From an uncultured Candidatus Binatia bacterium (GTDB taxonomy: Bacteria; Desulfobacterota; Binatia; UBA9968; JAJDTQ01): a stretch of DNA of 64,000 nt. Location of the stretch: assembly GCA_965215605.1 (NCBI GenBank), contig OZ244070.1, forward strand, positions 1,920,001 through 1,984,000. Direction: 5' to 3'. The notes under the pieces are model-generated. The model had not been told where the DNA came from and did no database searches. It was given only the letters and a program-made list of their open reading frames with translations. Positions 18,840 through 28,284 of this stretch are shown here, in pieces; the stretch's first letter is position 1; each line of letters opens with the position of its first letter. Made by a program: the position numbers and the translations under genes.

Positions 18840-19933
18840 CGTTCTCCCGTGATCATGCGGCGGATGTAGGTGTTCAGGATCACCGCCAACAACAGGATAA
18901 GGCCGAGGAAGACCCGGAACAGGCTGCTTTCCACGCCGGTGAAGAAGAGGCCCTGTTGCACGACGCCGAAGATCAGCGCTCCCAGGGCCGCGCCCACCAC
19001 CGAGCCGTAGCCGCCCGTCAACAACGCGCCGCCGATGACCACGCAGATGATGGCTTCGAATTCCTTCAGCAGACCGCGGTCGGCGGCGGCGGAGCCGAAC
19101 TCCATCACCTGGCAGGTGGCGAAGACCGTGGCGCAGAACGCCGTCAGCATGAACATGAGGATCTTGACGCGGTTCACCGGAACGCCGGTGTAGAGCGCGG
19201 CCTGGGCGTCGCCGCCCGAGGCGTAGATCCAGTTGCCGAACTTCGTGCGGGTCAGCACCCAGTGCCCGATGATGACCAGCACGATGGCCCACACCATCAG
19301 CATGGGAATGCCGTCGACGATGGGCTCGCCCGCCCGGCGGCCACGGGTGAAGGTCTCGATCATCCCCATGTCCGCGAGCCAGACGAACAGGCCTTTGAAT
19401 ATCTTGCCGCCGAAAAGCGGCGCCAGCCAATCGCCCGCCGCGGCTTCCTTGACGCCGCCGATGATGGTCTTGCGGGTGGCGGCGATGGACAGGAAGATCG
19501 TCAGGCCGCGCAGGATGTAGAGAAACGCCAGGGTGACGATGAAGCTCGGCAGGCCGGTCTTGATCACCAGCCAGCCGTTCAGCGCCCCCAGCGCGATGGC
19601 GATGGCGAAGGCCAGAACGATGCCGGTCCATACCGGAAAGCCCCACTGGACCGAGACGATGGCGATGACGATGCCCGCGAACCCGATCATCGAGCCCACC
19701 GACAGGTCGAACTCGCCCGAGATCATCAGCAGGCACGCGCCCACCGCGATGATGGCGAACTGGGCCGAGACGATGCCCCAGTTCATGGCCCCTTCCGGGC
19801 TGAACATCCCGGTGTCGGCCGCTACCAACAGAAAGAATACGAAAACGAGGATGGTGCCGCAGATGGCGCCCAATTCGGGCCGTATCATCGCGCGGCGGAA
19901 CGATGACATCTCCTTCAAACGTTCGTCGGCCAT
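18836..19933 (-). CDS. Sugar (inositol) ABC transporter permease
   Basis: [29 protein letters not shown]. Confidence 0.92.
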   Translation of the reverse strand: MADERLKEMSSFRRAMIRPELGAICGTILVFVFFLLVAADTGMFSPEGAMNWGIVSAQFAIIAVGACLLMISGEFDLSVGSMIGFAGIVIAIVSVQWGFPVWTGIVLAFAIAIALGALNGWLVIKTGLPSFIVTLAFLYILRGLTIFLSIAATRKTIIGGVKEAAAGDWLAPLFGGKIFKGLFVWLADMGMIETFTRGRRAGEPIVDGIPMLMVWAIVLVIIGHWVLTRTKFGNWIYASGGDAQAALYTGVPVNRVKILMFMLTAFCATVFATCQVMEFGSAAADRGLLKEFEAIICVVIGGALLTGGYGSVVGAALGALIFGVVQQGLFFTGVESSLFRVFLGLILLLAVILNTYIRRMITGER

Positions 19934-20055
19934 GACCCCTCCTTTGTGGCCTTCCCGTTGAAGGCCACCCGTCTCAACCGATCAACGTACGGCGGCCCCG
20001 CCGCGGCGCGTGGCCGCGACGGGGACAGACCGTTGCGGAATATGCGAGAGCCCGT

Positions 20056-21006
20056 TCAGCGGAATTCGCCGGCGTACTTCTCCACCAGGCCGATGTTCTT
20101 CTTGGTGACGAAGCCCGGACCCGAGTTCATGTGCCCGGAAGGAAGCACGCCGTAGCGCGCCAGGTTCGTCAGAATGACCACGGGCATGTAGCCCTGGAGG
20201 TAGGGCTGCTGGTCGATGGCGAACGCGATGGTGCCGTCCTTGACGCCCTTGGCGATCTCGTCCGAGAGGTCGAAGGTGGCGAAGTGGACCTCACCCTCGA
20301 GTCCCATATCCCGCAGCGCGGCCAGGGTTGGGTGGGCGGAGGTCGGACCCAGGGTGAGGATGCCGTTGGCGTCCTGGTTGCTGTTGAGATAGGCCTTCAC
20401 CTTGTTCTTGATCTCGGCCGGGTCCTGGCCGCTGTCGATCATCTGGCGGCCGAGCTTCACGCCCAGGGCGTCGGCATAGCCCTGGCAGCGCTCCACCGAG
20501 GCGGGGTTGGTGATGTAGTGGTTGACGCACAGAAACTGCTTCACACCCGCTTTCTTGGCCTGCTTGCCGGCGCCGAGCCCCGCGTCGTATTCCGGCTGCC
20601 CGACGTGCAGCAAGGCGCCGAGTTGCTCCGACTGCTTCTTGGTGCCTGAATTGATGGTGATGACCGGGATGCCCTTGTCCACCGCGGCCGTGATGGGTCC
20701 CTTGAGCACGTCGAAGTCGGCGATGGTGACGATGATGCCCGCGGGGTTGGCCGCCGACGCCTGTTCGACGATGCGCGCCATGTCGGCCAGATCGCCGGTG
20801 GGCGGGTTGCGGTAGTCCACGGTCACGTCCATCTGCTCGCCCGCCACCTTGATGGCGTTCTTGATGGTGTTCCACCAGCTATCGCTGTCGGGCGCGTGGC
20901 TGATCAGGACGAATTTCTCACCCGCCGCGGCGGCTGGCTTGGCGACCATCGCCAAGCCTGAAGCCATCAACGCGGCGGCAGCAAACAACAAGTATCTCGA
21001 TTTCAT
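20056..21006 (-). CDS. Sugar (inositol) ABC transporter substrate-binding protein
   Basis: Signal peptide, HAPDSDSWW, AIDQQPYLQGY. Confidence 0.9.
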   Translation of the reverse strand: MKSRYLLFAAAALMASGLAMVAKPAAAAGEKFVLISHAPDSDSWWNTIKNAIKVAGEQMDVTVDYRNPPTGDLADMARIVEQASAANPAGIIVTIADFDVLKGPITAAVDKGIPVITINSGTKKQSEQLGALLHVGQPEYDAGLGAGKQAKKAGVKQFLCVNHYITNPASVERCQGYADALGVKLGRQMIDSGQDPAEIKNKVKAYLNSNQDANGILTLGPTSAHPTLAALRDMGLEGEVHFATFDLSDEIAKGVKDGTIAFAIDQQPYLQGYMPVVILTNLARYGVLPSGHMNSGPGFVTKKNIGLVEKYAGEFR

Positions 21007-21103
21007 GAGTTCCTCCTTTCGCGCCGGGTGCGTGCACCGTTGGGCGAAGCCGGCGCGTCGGACCGGCTGGCGCCCTCTCGGCAGCGGCAATTAATGAGAT
21101 CTT

Positions 21104-21200
21104 CGCCAATAATATAAGCGCAATCGCTGGAATTGAAAGCAGAACATCAGGCCTCGTCCACCGAACGAACAAGAGACAGCGACACGGCACAGAGTTTGCT
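21104..21200 (+). promoter_or_regulatory. NtrC-like site and sigma54 promoter for the ANTAR regulator
   Basis: CGC-caataatataa-GCG (GC-N11-GC, 21104-21120) and CGGCAC-N5-TTGCT (21185-21200). Confidence 0.6.
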
Positions 21201-21307
21201 TCCCATTGAGTACTTTTGAGTCCTCTCCAGTACTCTTGAGACCTCTCGCGGTCCGGCGGCGAAATCCTTCGGGCCTGACCGCAAAAGCATTCCTGAAGGG
21301 CTGCCCG

Positions 21308-21883
21308 ATGAAGTGCCGTGTCTTGCTGATCGACGATCATTCACCCTCGCGGACCCGCCTGGAGCGTGTCCTGAACGAAGAGGGGTTCACCATCGTCGGT
21401 CAAGGGTCCGATGGTGCGTCCTCCCTGTCCCTGGTTCGGCGGACGAAGCCAGACGTGGTTCTCATGGCCGTGGGCCTTGCCGACCTGGACGGTGTCCGTG
21501 CGGCTCGACGGATCATGGAGGAGAGCCCCGTCCCCATCGTCCTGATTACCAGTCACTACGAACAAGAGACCGTGGATCGGGCGATAGCGGCAGGGATCGT
21601 GGGGTATCTGATCAAGCCCCTGAGGCGGGAGGAACTTCGCCCGTGTATCGGGTTGGCGGTCTCGCGCTTCGAGGAGCTCCGCGCCCTGAGGCGTCAGAAC
21701 GAGGAACTGCAGCATGCCATGGAGGTCCGCAAGGACATCGAACGCGCCAAGGGCATCCTGATGAAGAGCCGCGGTCTGTCTGAGGCGGACGCTTTCGCCC
21801 TGCTGCGGAAGAGGAGCATGGACACGCGGAAGTCCTTGGTCGAGATAGCCCGCGCGGTGATCGTCACCGCGGACATGGCGTAG
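21308..21883 (+). CDS. REC-ANTAR antiterminator (NasT/AmiR-like)
   Basis: Receiver fold plus ANTAR RKDIERAKGILM...AFALLRKRSMD; phosphoacceptor Asp replaced by Ala (PDVVLMAV). Confidence 0.9.
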   Translation: MKCRVLLIDDHSPSRTRLERVLNEEGFTIVGQGSDGASSLSLVRRTKPDVVLMAVGLADLDGVRAARRIMEESPVPIVLITSHYEQETVDRAIAAGIVGYLIKPLRREELRPCIGLAVSRFEELRALRRQNEELQHAMEVRKDIERAKGILMKSRGLSEADAFALLRKRSMDTRKSLVEIARAVIVTADMA

Positions 21884-21947
21884 CCTGGCCGTGTCCCGCG
21901 GTTCATCGCACATGGCTGGATGTGCCGCGTCCGCGGCCCCCTGGAAA

Positions 21948-22061
21948 CGCTCGATGTTTGGGCACTGCAAACTTTTTGGGCAGTCGGTTGCCCGGATCGG
22001 ATACACGGACGCCGGTTGCGACCGCGTTCTGGGGTGGTTCAGGGGTGGCATGGCAATTGCT
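21948..22061 (+). promoter_or_regulatory. Tandem NtrC-like sites and sigma54 promoter of the cyn operon
   Basis: GC-N11-GC sites at 21948-21964 and 21966-21982; TGGCAT-N5-TTGCT at 22046-22061. Confidence 0.7.
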
Positions 22062-22165
22062 TATATTTGCACGTAGACGATGACCGTCCAGGCTTCCCGT
22101 TGAGCACGTTCCCGTGCGGCGGAATGCCGGAGTCATTGAAAGTTCGATCGAGTCGGAGAGCCTGA

Positions 22166-22205
22166 CGGTTCCAACGTTGCAACCGAGGGCTGGGCAAAGG
22201 CGCCT
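22166..22205 (+). ncRNA. ANTAR dual-hairpin leader RNA
   Basis: Two hairpins with A1/G4 hexaloops: CGGTTCC-AACGTT-GCAACCG and GGGC-AAAGGC-GCCT. Confidence 0.8.
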
Positions 22206-22237
22206 GTTCTTCCCGAGTGGGAGAGGCGCCTTTTTTT
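22198..22237 (+). terminator. Leader terminator overlapping ANTAR hairpin 2
   Basis: AGGCGCCT...AGGCGCC stem followed by T7; mutually exclusive with hairpin 2. Confidence 0.8.
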
Positions 22238-22255
22238 ATTGTGGAGGTCAAAACG

Positions 22256-23629
22256 ATGTCGAAATTCGGTCTGGACGATCCATTCGATCCCGAGAGCCAT
22301 CTGTCGCACGCGGAGCACCATCAGCATGAGCCGGAGGGGTCCCATGGCGCCGCAACCGAGGCCCAGGGAACCGAGGCGATCATTGATCGCGCGGTGGAGA
22401 GCGCGGTGGTGCGCGCGGTGTTCGGCCACAACGAAATGGCCCGAAGACGGTTTCTGAAGCTCGTCGGCTCCGGCACGGCCGCGGCCGTATTGAGCTCGGT
22501 GTTCCCGCTGGCCACGGCCAAGGCCCTGGCCCAGGAGAAGGCGAAGGGCATCGAGAAGAAGGACCTGACCGTGGGCTTCATTCCCATCACATGCGCCACG
22601 CCCATCATCATGGCCGAACCCATGGGCTTCTATGAGAAGCACGGACTCAACGCCAAGGTGCGCAGGGCGGCCGGTTGGGCGATGGTGCGCGACTGGGCCA
22701 TCAACAAGGACGTGGACGCCGCCCACATGCTCAGCCCCATGCCCCTGTCCATCACCTTGGGCGCGGGATCGAAACAGGTTCCCTACCTGATGCCCGCGGT
22801 GGAGAACATCAACGGCCAGGCCATCACGCTGCACAGCAAGCACAAGGGCGTGAAGAGCGCCGCGGACATGAAGGGCTTTCGCTTCTGTGTTCCCTTCCGT
22901 TACTCCATGCACAATTACCTGCTGCGCTACTACCTTGCCGAGGGAGGCGTGCACCCCGACAAGGACGTGCAGATTCGCGTGGTGCCGCCGCCGGAGATGG
23001 TAGCGAACCTCAAGGCGGGCAACGTGGACGGCTATCTTGCACCGGATCCCTTCAACCAGCGGGCGGTGTACGAGAACGCCGGCTACATTTACATGCTTTC
23101 CAAGGAGATCTGGGATGGACATCCGTGCTGCGCGTTCGCCATCTCGCAGGAGTTTGCTACCACCTATCCCAATACCTTCCAGGCGCTGTTCCGGTCCATC
23201 GTCGATGCGACGCACTTCGCTTCCAAGTCCGAGAACCGCAAGGACATCGCCAAGGCCATCGCTCCCAAGAACTATCTGAACCAGCCCGTGATCGTGCTGG
23301 AGCAGGTCCTGACGGGCCGCTTCGCCGACGGGCTCGGCAACATCAGGAACGTCCCTGATCGTATCGATTTCGATCCGTTCCCCTGGCACTCCATGGCCGT
23401 GTGGATCCTCACCCAGACGAAGCGCTGGAAACACGTGAAAAGTGACTTCGATTACAAGACGGTGGCCGAACGGGTCTATCTGGCATCCGAGTGCGGCCGG
23501 ATTTCCAAGGAACAGGGCTACGAGACTCACGGAAACACCTACGCGAAACATACGCTGATGAACGGCAAGGTATTCGATCCTGCCAAGCCGGATGCGTATC
23601 TGGCGAGCTTCGACATCAGCAACCTGTAA
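22256..23629 (+). CDS. cynA: CmpA/NrtA-family substrate-binding protein, cyanate ABC transporter
   Basis: Tat motif RRRFLK, GFIPITCATP, ENINGQAIT, YSMHNYLLRY, WDGHPCC; in operon with cynS. Confidence 0.85.
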   Translation: MSKFGLDDPFDPESHLSHAEHHQHEPEGSHGAATEAQGTEAIIDRAVESAVVRAVFGHNEMARRRFLKLVGSGTAAAVLSSVFPLATAKALAQEKAKGIEKKDLTVGFIPITCATPIIMAEPMGFYEKHGLNAKVRRAAGWAMVRDWAINKDVDAAHMLSPMPLSITLGAGSKQVPYLMPAVENINGQAITLHSKHKGVKSAADMKGFRFCVPFRYSMHNYLLRYYLAEGGVHPDKDVQIRVVPPPEMVANLKAGNVDGYLAPDPFNQRAVYENAGYIYMLSKEIWDGHPCCAFAISQEFATTYPNTFQALFRSIVDATHFASKSENRKDIAKAIAPKNYLNQPVIVLEQVLTGRFADGLGNIRNVPDRIDFDPFPWHSMAVWILTQTKRWKHVKSDFDYKTVAERVYLASECGRISKEQGYETHGNTYAKHTLMNGKVFDPAKPDAYLASFDISNL

Positions 23630-23640
23630 GGAGCGAGACG

Positions 23641-24540
23641 GTGGCGCACTCGTTACTATTGCGGATCAAGGGGAAGGCCGGTTCCCTGCTTATTTCCTTG
23701 TTGGTAACAAGCGCCTTCGTCGCAACGTGGCACATCGCAACCGTCCGGGCCCCGTTCGATCCGACGGGTCTCACGGAAGAACAGTTGATGAACCTGGAAT
23801 TCAACGGCGACATCGTCCGTGCCGAGGACGGACGTTATATCCACAACCCCGACAAGGTGAAGGGCCTGGCGGGACCGTGGGACGTGATGGCGAAGATTGG
23901 AGAGGAGTTGTCCGACCCGTTTCACAAGAAGGGGACCAACGACCACGGCATCGCTCACCTGATTCGTTATACGGTCACGCGCTTCGCCATCGGCTTTGCC
24001 GCGGCGTCGGTGCTGGCGGTGCTCATCGGCATGGTGATCGGCTTGTCGCGCACCCTGTTCGAGGCGTTCAACCCCTTCATCCAACTACTCAAACCCATAT
24101 CGCCGCTGGCGTGGATGCCCTTGCTTCTCTACACGGTGCAAAACCCGACCATGACCGCGATACTTGTGGTGTTCATGGCCTCGTTGTGGCCCACGGTGGC
24201 CAATACCGCCTTCGGCGTGAACTCCATGCGTACGGACTACCTTCGGGTTGCCAGCCTGTTGCAACTCTCGTGGTTCCGCCGGCTCATCATGGTGGTGCTG
24301 CCGGCCGCGGCCCCCGCCATCGTCGCCGGGCTCCGGATATCGTTCGGCAGCGCCTTGGTGGCGGTGGTCCCGGCCGAGATGCTCCTGGGCGAGCTGGGAG
24401 TCGGCTACCTGAGCTGGATCGAATGGAACAACCTCGACATCTCCGGGGTCATATTCGCGATTCTGGTGGTGGGCGTGGTGGGCGTCATCCTGGACAGCGG
24501 CTTCAACCGCTTGGCCAAGCTCGTCACTTACGCGGAGTAA
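23641..24540 (+). CDS. cynB: NrtB-like ABC permease
   Basis: PFIQLLKPISPLAWMP, LWPTVANTAFGV. Confidence 0.85.
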   Translation: MAHSLLLRIKGKAGSLLISLLVTSAFVATWHIATVRAPFDPTGLTEEQLMNLEFNGDIVRAEDGRYIHNPDKVKGLAGPWDVMAKIGEELSDPFHKKGTNDHGIAHLIRYTVTRFAIGFAAASVLAVLIGMVIGLSRTLFEAFNPFIQLLKPISPLAWMPLLLYTVQNPTMTAILVVFMASLWPTVANTAFGVNSMRTDYLRVASLLQLSWFRRLIMVVLPAAAPAIVAGLRISFGSALVAVVPAEMLLGELGVGYLSWIEWNNLDISGVIFAILVVGVVGVILDSGFNRLAKLVTYAE

Positions 24541-24548
24541 CCAGCGCC

Positions 24549-25376
24549 ATGAATGCATTCTTCGAGATCGACCACGTAACCAAGTACTTCGGGGATTCCG
24601 CCGGCGCTTCTTCCTGGACGGCTCGGTCGAACTCCTTCTGCGTCATGAAGGATGTCAGCCTGAGCATCGCGCGCGGGGAGTTCATCAGCACCATCGGCCA
24701 CTCCGGATGCGGCAAGAGCACGTTGCTCAACATCATGGCCGGTTTCGAGAAGCCTTCGGCGGGCGGCATTATCCTCGACGGTCGGGAGGTCACCGACCCT
24801 GGGCTCGACCGCATGGTCGTATTCCAGAGCTTTGCCCTGATGCCGTGGTTGTCGGCCCTGGACAACATCCGCATCGGGGTCCGCGCGGCCCACCCCGACT
24901 GGGGCAAGGCGCAAGCTCTCGAGCATACGCAGAAATATATCGACCTCATGGGTTTGAAGGGAGCCGAGGCCAAGCGGCCGGCGTTCCTGTCGGGCGGGAT
25001 GCGTCAGCGCGTGGGTCTGGCTAGGGCCTTCGCCGTGGAGCCCAAGATTCTGCTGCTGGACGAGCCGTTCGCGCAGATCGACGCCCTCACGCGAGGGGTC
25101 ATCCAGGAGGAACTGGTGCGCATGTGGAGCGCGACGAAAAATACGATCTTCATGGTCACGCACGACGTGGACGAAGCCATTCTGTTGTCGGACCGAATCG
25201 CGCTGATGTCCAACAGCCCGGAGGCTCGCATTGCCGATTGCATTGAAGTCGATATCCCGCGGCCACGCACGCGGGAGTCCGTCATCGATATGCCCGAGTA
25301 CACGAGGATCCGGAACCATGTGCTGCGGTTCCTGATCAGCGGTGCCCGAAACGGAGAGCGGCCGGCCCTGAACTGA
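24549..25376 (+). CDS. cynD: NrtD-like ABC ATP-binding protein
   Basis: GHSGCGKS, LSGGMRQRV, LLDEPF, VTHDVDEA. Confidence 0.87.
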   Translation: MNAFFEIDHVTKYFGDSAGASSWTARSNSFCVMKDVSLSIARGEFISTIGHSGCGKSTLLNIMAGFEKPSAGGIILDGREVTDPGLDRMVVFQSFALMPWLSALDNIRIGVRAAHPDWGKAQALEHTQKYIDLMGLKGAEAKRPAFLSGGMRQRVGLARAFAVEPKILLLDEPFAQIDALTRGVIQEELVRMWSATKNTIFMVTHDVDEAILLSDRIALMSNSPEARIADCIEVDIPRPRTRESVIDMPEYTRIRNHVLRFLISGARNGERPALN

Positions 25377-25433
25377 TGGTGGGCCGGCCCCCATCCATCG
25401 TGAAGTCATTCTCAAACTCAAGGAGGGAGTGTC

Positions 25434-25907
25434 ATGGCATTGGAAAAACTGATGAGCAGGGAAGAGGCCAGGGACATCATGCTGGCGGCCAAAAAGGAGA
25501 AGGGTCTGAGCTTTCAGGAAATCGCCGCCGCCGTGGGCCGGGACAAGGTTTGGGTCGCCGCGGCCTTCATGGGCCAGGGAACCATGGACGAAGCAGAGGC
25601 TCAAAAGGCGGTGGGCGCGGTGGGCCTGGACGAAAGCGTGGCCTCCGAGGTTGCTTCGGCGCTGCAGGAGATCCCCACCAAGGGCTCCCTTGACAGCACG
25701 GTTCCAGTGGACCCGCTGATCTACCGGTTCCACGAGATCACCCAGATCTACGGCACCTCGATGAAGGCGATCATCCACGAGATGTTCGGCGACGGCATCA
25801 TGAGCGCCATCGACTTCGAGCTGGACGTCCAGAAGGAGGAAGACCCCAAGGGCGACCGGGTCGTCGTCACCTACAGCGGGAAGTTTCTGCCGTATCGAAA
25901 GTGGTGA
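25434..25907 (+). CDS. cynS: Cyanase (cyanate hydratase)
   Basis: DPLIYRFHE, EMFGDGIMSAIDF, GKFLPY. Confidence 0.96.
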   Translation: MALEKLMSREEARDIMLAAKKEKGLSFQEIAAAVGRDKVWVAAAFMGQGTMDEAEAQKAVGAVGLDESVASEVASALQEIPTKGSLDSTVPVDPLIYRFHEITQIYGTSMKAIIHEMFGDGIMSAIDFELDVQKEEDPKGDRVVVTYSGKFLPYRKW

Positions 25908-26024
25908 CCGCGACAGTGCCCCACCGATCAGAAGGGTTCGATCAAGCGCGGCTTGTCGTCTTGGCCCGCGTCCGACCATCCATTACAATGAACGAATCAT
26001 CGGTTCGCGTTGTGGAGGGACGGC

Positions 26025-27152
26025 ATGCGCGCTATCGGAGTCGGTCTGATCGGCACGGGCTTCATGGGCAAGTGCCATACGCTCGCTTACCGCTCCGTCC
26101 GGGCGGTGTTCGATGCGCCACTGTCGCCGCGTTTGATTTCCGTGTGCGACCGGCAGGCCGCCGCCGCCGAGCGGCACGCCGCGCAAGGCGGCTTCGACAA
26201 GGCCACCGATGACTGGCGCGCCGTGGTGGACGACCCCGATGTCGACCTCGTCTCCATCACGACCCCGAACAAGTTCCATTACGAGATGGCGATGGCCGCG
26301 CTGGCGGCGGGGAAGCACGTCTACTGCGAGAAGCCCCTGGCTCTGACCCTGGACGAGGCCGAACGCATGGCCGCGGCCGCGGCGAAGGCCGGGGGCAAGA
26401 CCATCGTCGGCTACGCCTACACCTGCAACCCCTTGTATCAGCACGCCCGCGCGCTGCTCCGTTCCGGCGCCATCGGGCGACCGTTGTTCTTTCGCGGCGT
26501 CTGCGACGAGGACTACCAAGCCGACCCGGAACTGCCGTGGACCTGGCGCTCGGCCAAGGCCGAGGCCGGACTGGGCGTGTTGGGGGACATGATGTGCCAC
26601 CTGGTCAGCATGGCCGACGGCCTGCTGGGTCCCATCGAGACCGTTCTTGCCGACTGCCGCATCCACTACGCTACCCGTCCCGCCGCCGGCGGCGAACGGC
26701 TCCCGGTGGAGAACGAGGACGTCGCCTCCGCCCTGGTTACCTTCGAGAGCGGCGTCACCGGAACGCTCTCGTCGTCCCGTGCCGCCTGGGGCCGGAAGAA
26801 CCATCTGGCGTGGGAGCTTCACGGCGACGCCGGCATGCTGACCCAGGACCAGGAGCGCATGAACGAGCTTCGGATCTACCGGAACGACGGGCCCAGGAGC
26901 GATCAGGGTTTCAAGACCATCCTGGCCGGGCCGGCACACGAGCCCTACGGCAACTTCTGCCCGGCGCCCGGCCACGGCCTTGGCTTCAACGACCTCAAGA
27001 CCATCGAACTGGCCAACTTCCTCAAGGCCATCGCGGACGACGCGCCGGCCTATCCCGATTTCGCCGCCGCCCTGCGGTTCGAGCGAGTCATCCACGCCAT
27101 CGCGCGGTCGGCAGAGAGCGGGGCGAGGGTGCGCGCGGATAAAACGGGATGA
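26025..27152 (+). CDS. Gfo/Idh/MocA oxidoreductase, inositol-cluster type
   Basis: GLIGTGFMGKCH, YCEKPL, FCPAPGHGLGFNDLKTIE. Confidence 0.88.
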   Translation: MRAIGVGLIGTGFMGKCHTLAYRSVRAVFDAPLSPRLISVCDRQAAAAERHAAQGGFDKATDDWRAVVDDPDVDLVSITTPNKFHYEMAMAALAAGKHVYCEKPLALTLDEAERMAAAAAKAGGKTIVGYAYTCNPLYQHARALLRSGAIGRPLFFRGVCDEDYQADPELPWTWRSAKAEAGLGVLGDMMCHLVSMADGLLGPIETVLADCRIHYATRPAAGGERLPVENEDVASALVTFESGVTGTLSSSRAAWGRKNHLAWELHGDAGMLTQDQERMNELRIYRNDGPRSDQGFKTILAGPAHEPYGNFCPAPGHGLGFNDLKTIELANFLKAIADDAPAYPDFAAALRFERVIHAIARSAESGARVRADKTG

Positions 27153-27174
27153 GCCGGCAAATCAAGAGGTAGGC

Positions 27175-28158
27175 ATGCCGCGGAACGAACAAGTCACGCG
27201 ACAGTGGCTTCTGTTGAAGAGACTGGAGGGCGCCCGCGGCGGGACGCTGCAGGAATTGGCGGCATCCCTGCCCGAAGACTACGCGCGCCACCCCCGCACC
27301 ATCCGGCGTGATCTGGAGGCGCTGGAGTCGGCGCATATCCCTCTCATCACCGAGCATCGGAACGGCCGGACCGTGTGGCGCCTGATGGACGGCTACCGCC
27401 AGACGCTGCCGCTGGCGCTATCGCCGACGGAGTTGATGGCGCTGGTGTTCAGCCGCGATCTCCTGAAGCCCCTGGAGGGAACGGAGATCAAGGAGTCGCT
27501 GGATTCGGCGCTGAACAAGGCCACGGCCGCGTTGCCGGCCGAAGGCGCGCTGTACGTCGAGGCCCTGCGCGGCCATTTCGCGGTTGGACTGGGGTCCCAC
27601 AAGACCTACCGCGAGCACCGCCACACCATTGGGCAACTCTCCCGGGCTATCTCCCGCACCCGCACGGTCCAGATGCGCTACTACACCGCATCGCGCAACA
27701 GGACGGGCCGGCGCGATGTGGATCCCTACCGCCTGTGGTACGCCGACGGCGGCTTGTTTCTCATAGGCTACTGCCACCTCAGGCGCGACGTGCGCACGTT
27801 CGCCGTCGATCGCATTCGTTCCCTGGCCATCACCAGCCGTCCCTGCCAGATGCCCCTCGGATTCGATCTCGACGCCTACGTCAAGGACGCCCTCGTGGTG
27901 ATGCGCGGGAAGCGCATCGAGCTGGAACTGCTGTTCGACCGGCCCACCACCGCATGGGTGAAGGGGCGCATCTGGCACCCAAGCCAGAAGACCCACGTGA
28001 CCCGGGACGGCCGCCTCGCCCTGTCGCTCCGGGTCGCGGACACGCCCGAGCTGGTGGGCTGGGTGCTCCACTTCGGCAGCGGCGTCAAGGTCATCCGTCC
28101 CGCAACCTTCCGCGACAAGGTCCGCGAAGAAATCCGAAAGATTCTCGACCGGGCGTGA
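27175..28158 (+). CDS. HTH-WYL-WCX transcriptional regulator
   Basis: RTIRRDLEAL HTH; RDVDPYRL...LFLIGYCHLRRDVRTFAVDRI; WVLHFGSGVKVIRP. Confidence 0.92.
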   Translation: MPRNEQVTRQWLLLKRLEGARGGTLQELAASLPEDYARHPRTIRRDLEALESAHIPLITEHRNGRTVWRLMDGYRQTLPLALSPTELMALVFSRDLLKPLEGTEIKESLDSALNKATAALPAEGALYVEALRGHFAVGLGSHKTYREHRHTIGQLSRAISRTRTVQMRYYTASRNRTGRRDVDPYRLWYADGGLFLIGYCHLRRDVRTFAVDRIRSLAITSRPCQMPLGFDLDAYVKDALVVMRGKRIELELLFDRPTTAWVKGRIWHPSQKTHVTRDGRLALSLRVADTPELVGWVLHFGSGVKVIRPATFRDKVREEIRKILDRA

Positions 28159-28171
28159 CCCCGGATGTCAC
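28155..28171. promoter_or_regulatory. Candidate WYL operator upstream of cas3
   Basis: GTGAC-N7-GTCAC palindrome overlapping the WYL stop codon. Confidence 0.45.
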
Positions 28172-28284
28172 TCCTGCCTGCTACCTCTTACGGCCAAGCC
28201 CTCGCGATTCGTTTAAGGACGGCGCGAGAGGCAGAAGGTGGCCGCACGGGACGGAACGATTCAGCGCGATGGATGAGGGGTGAC

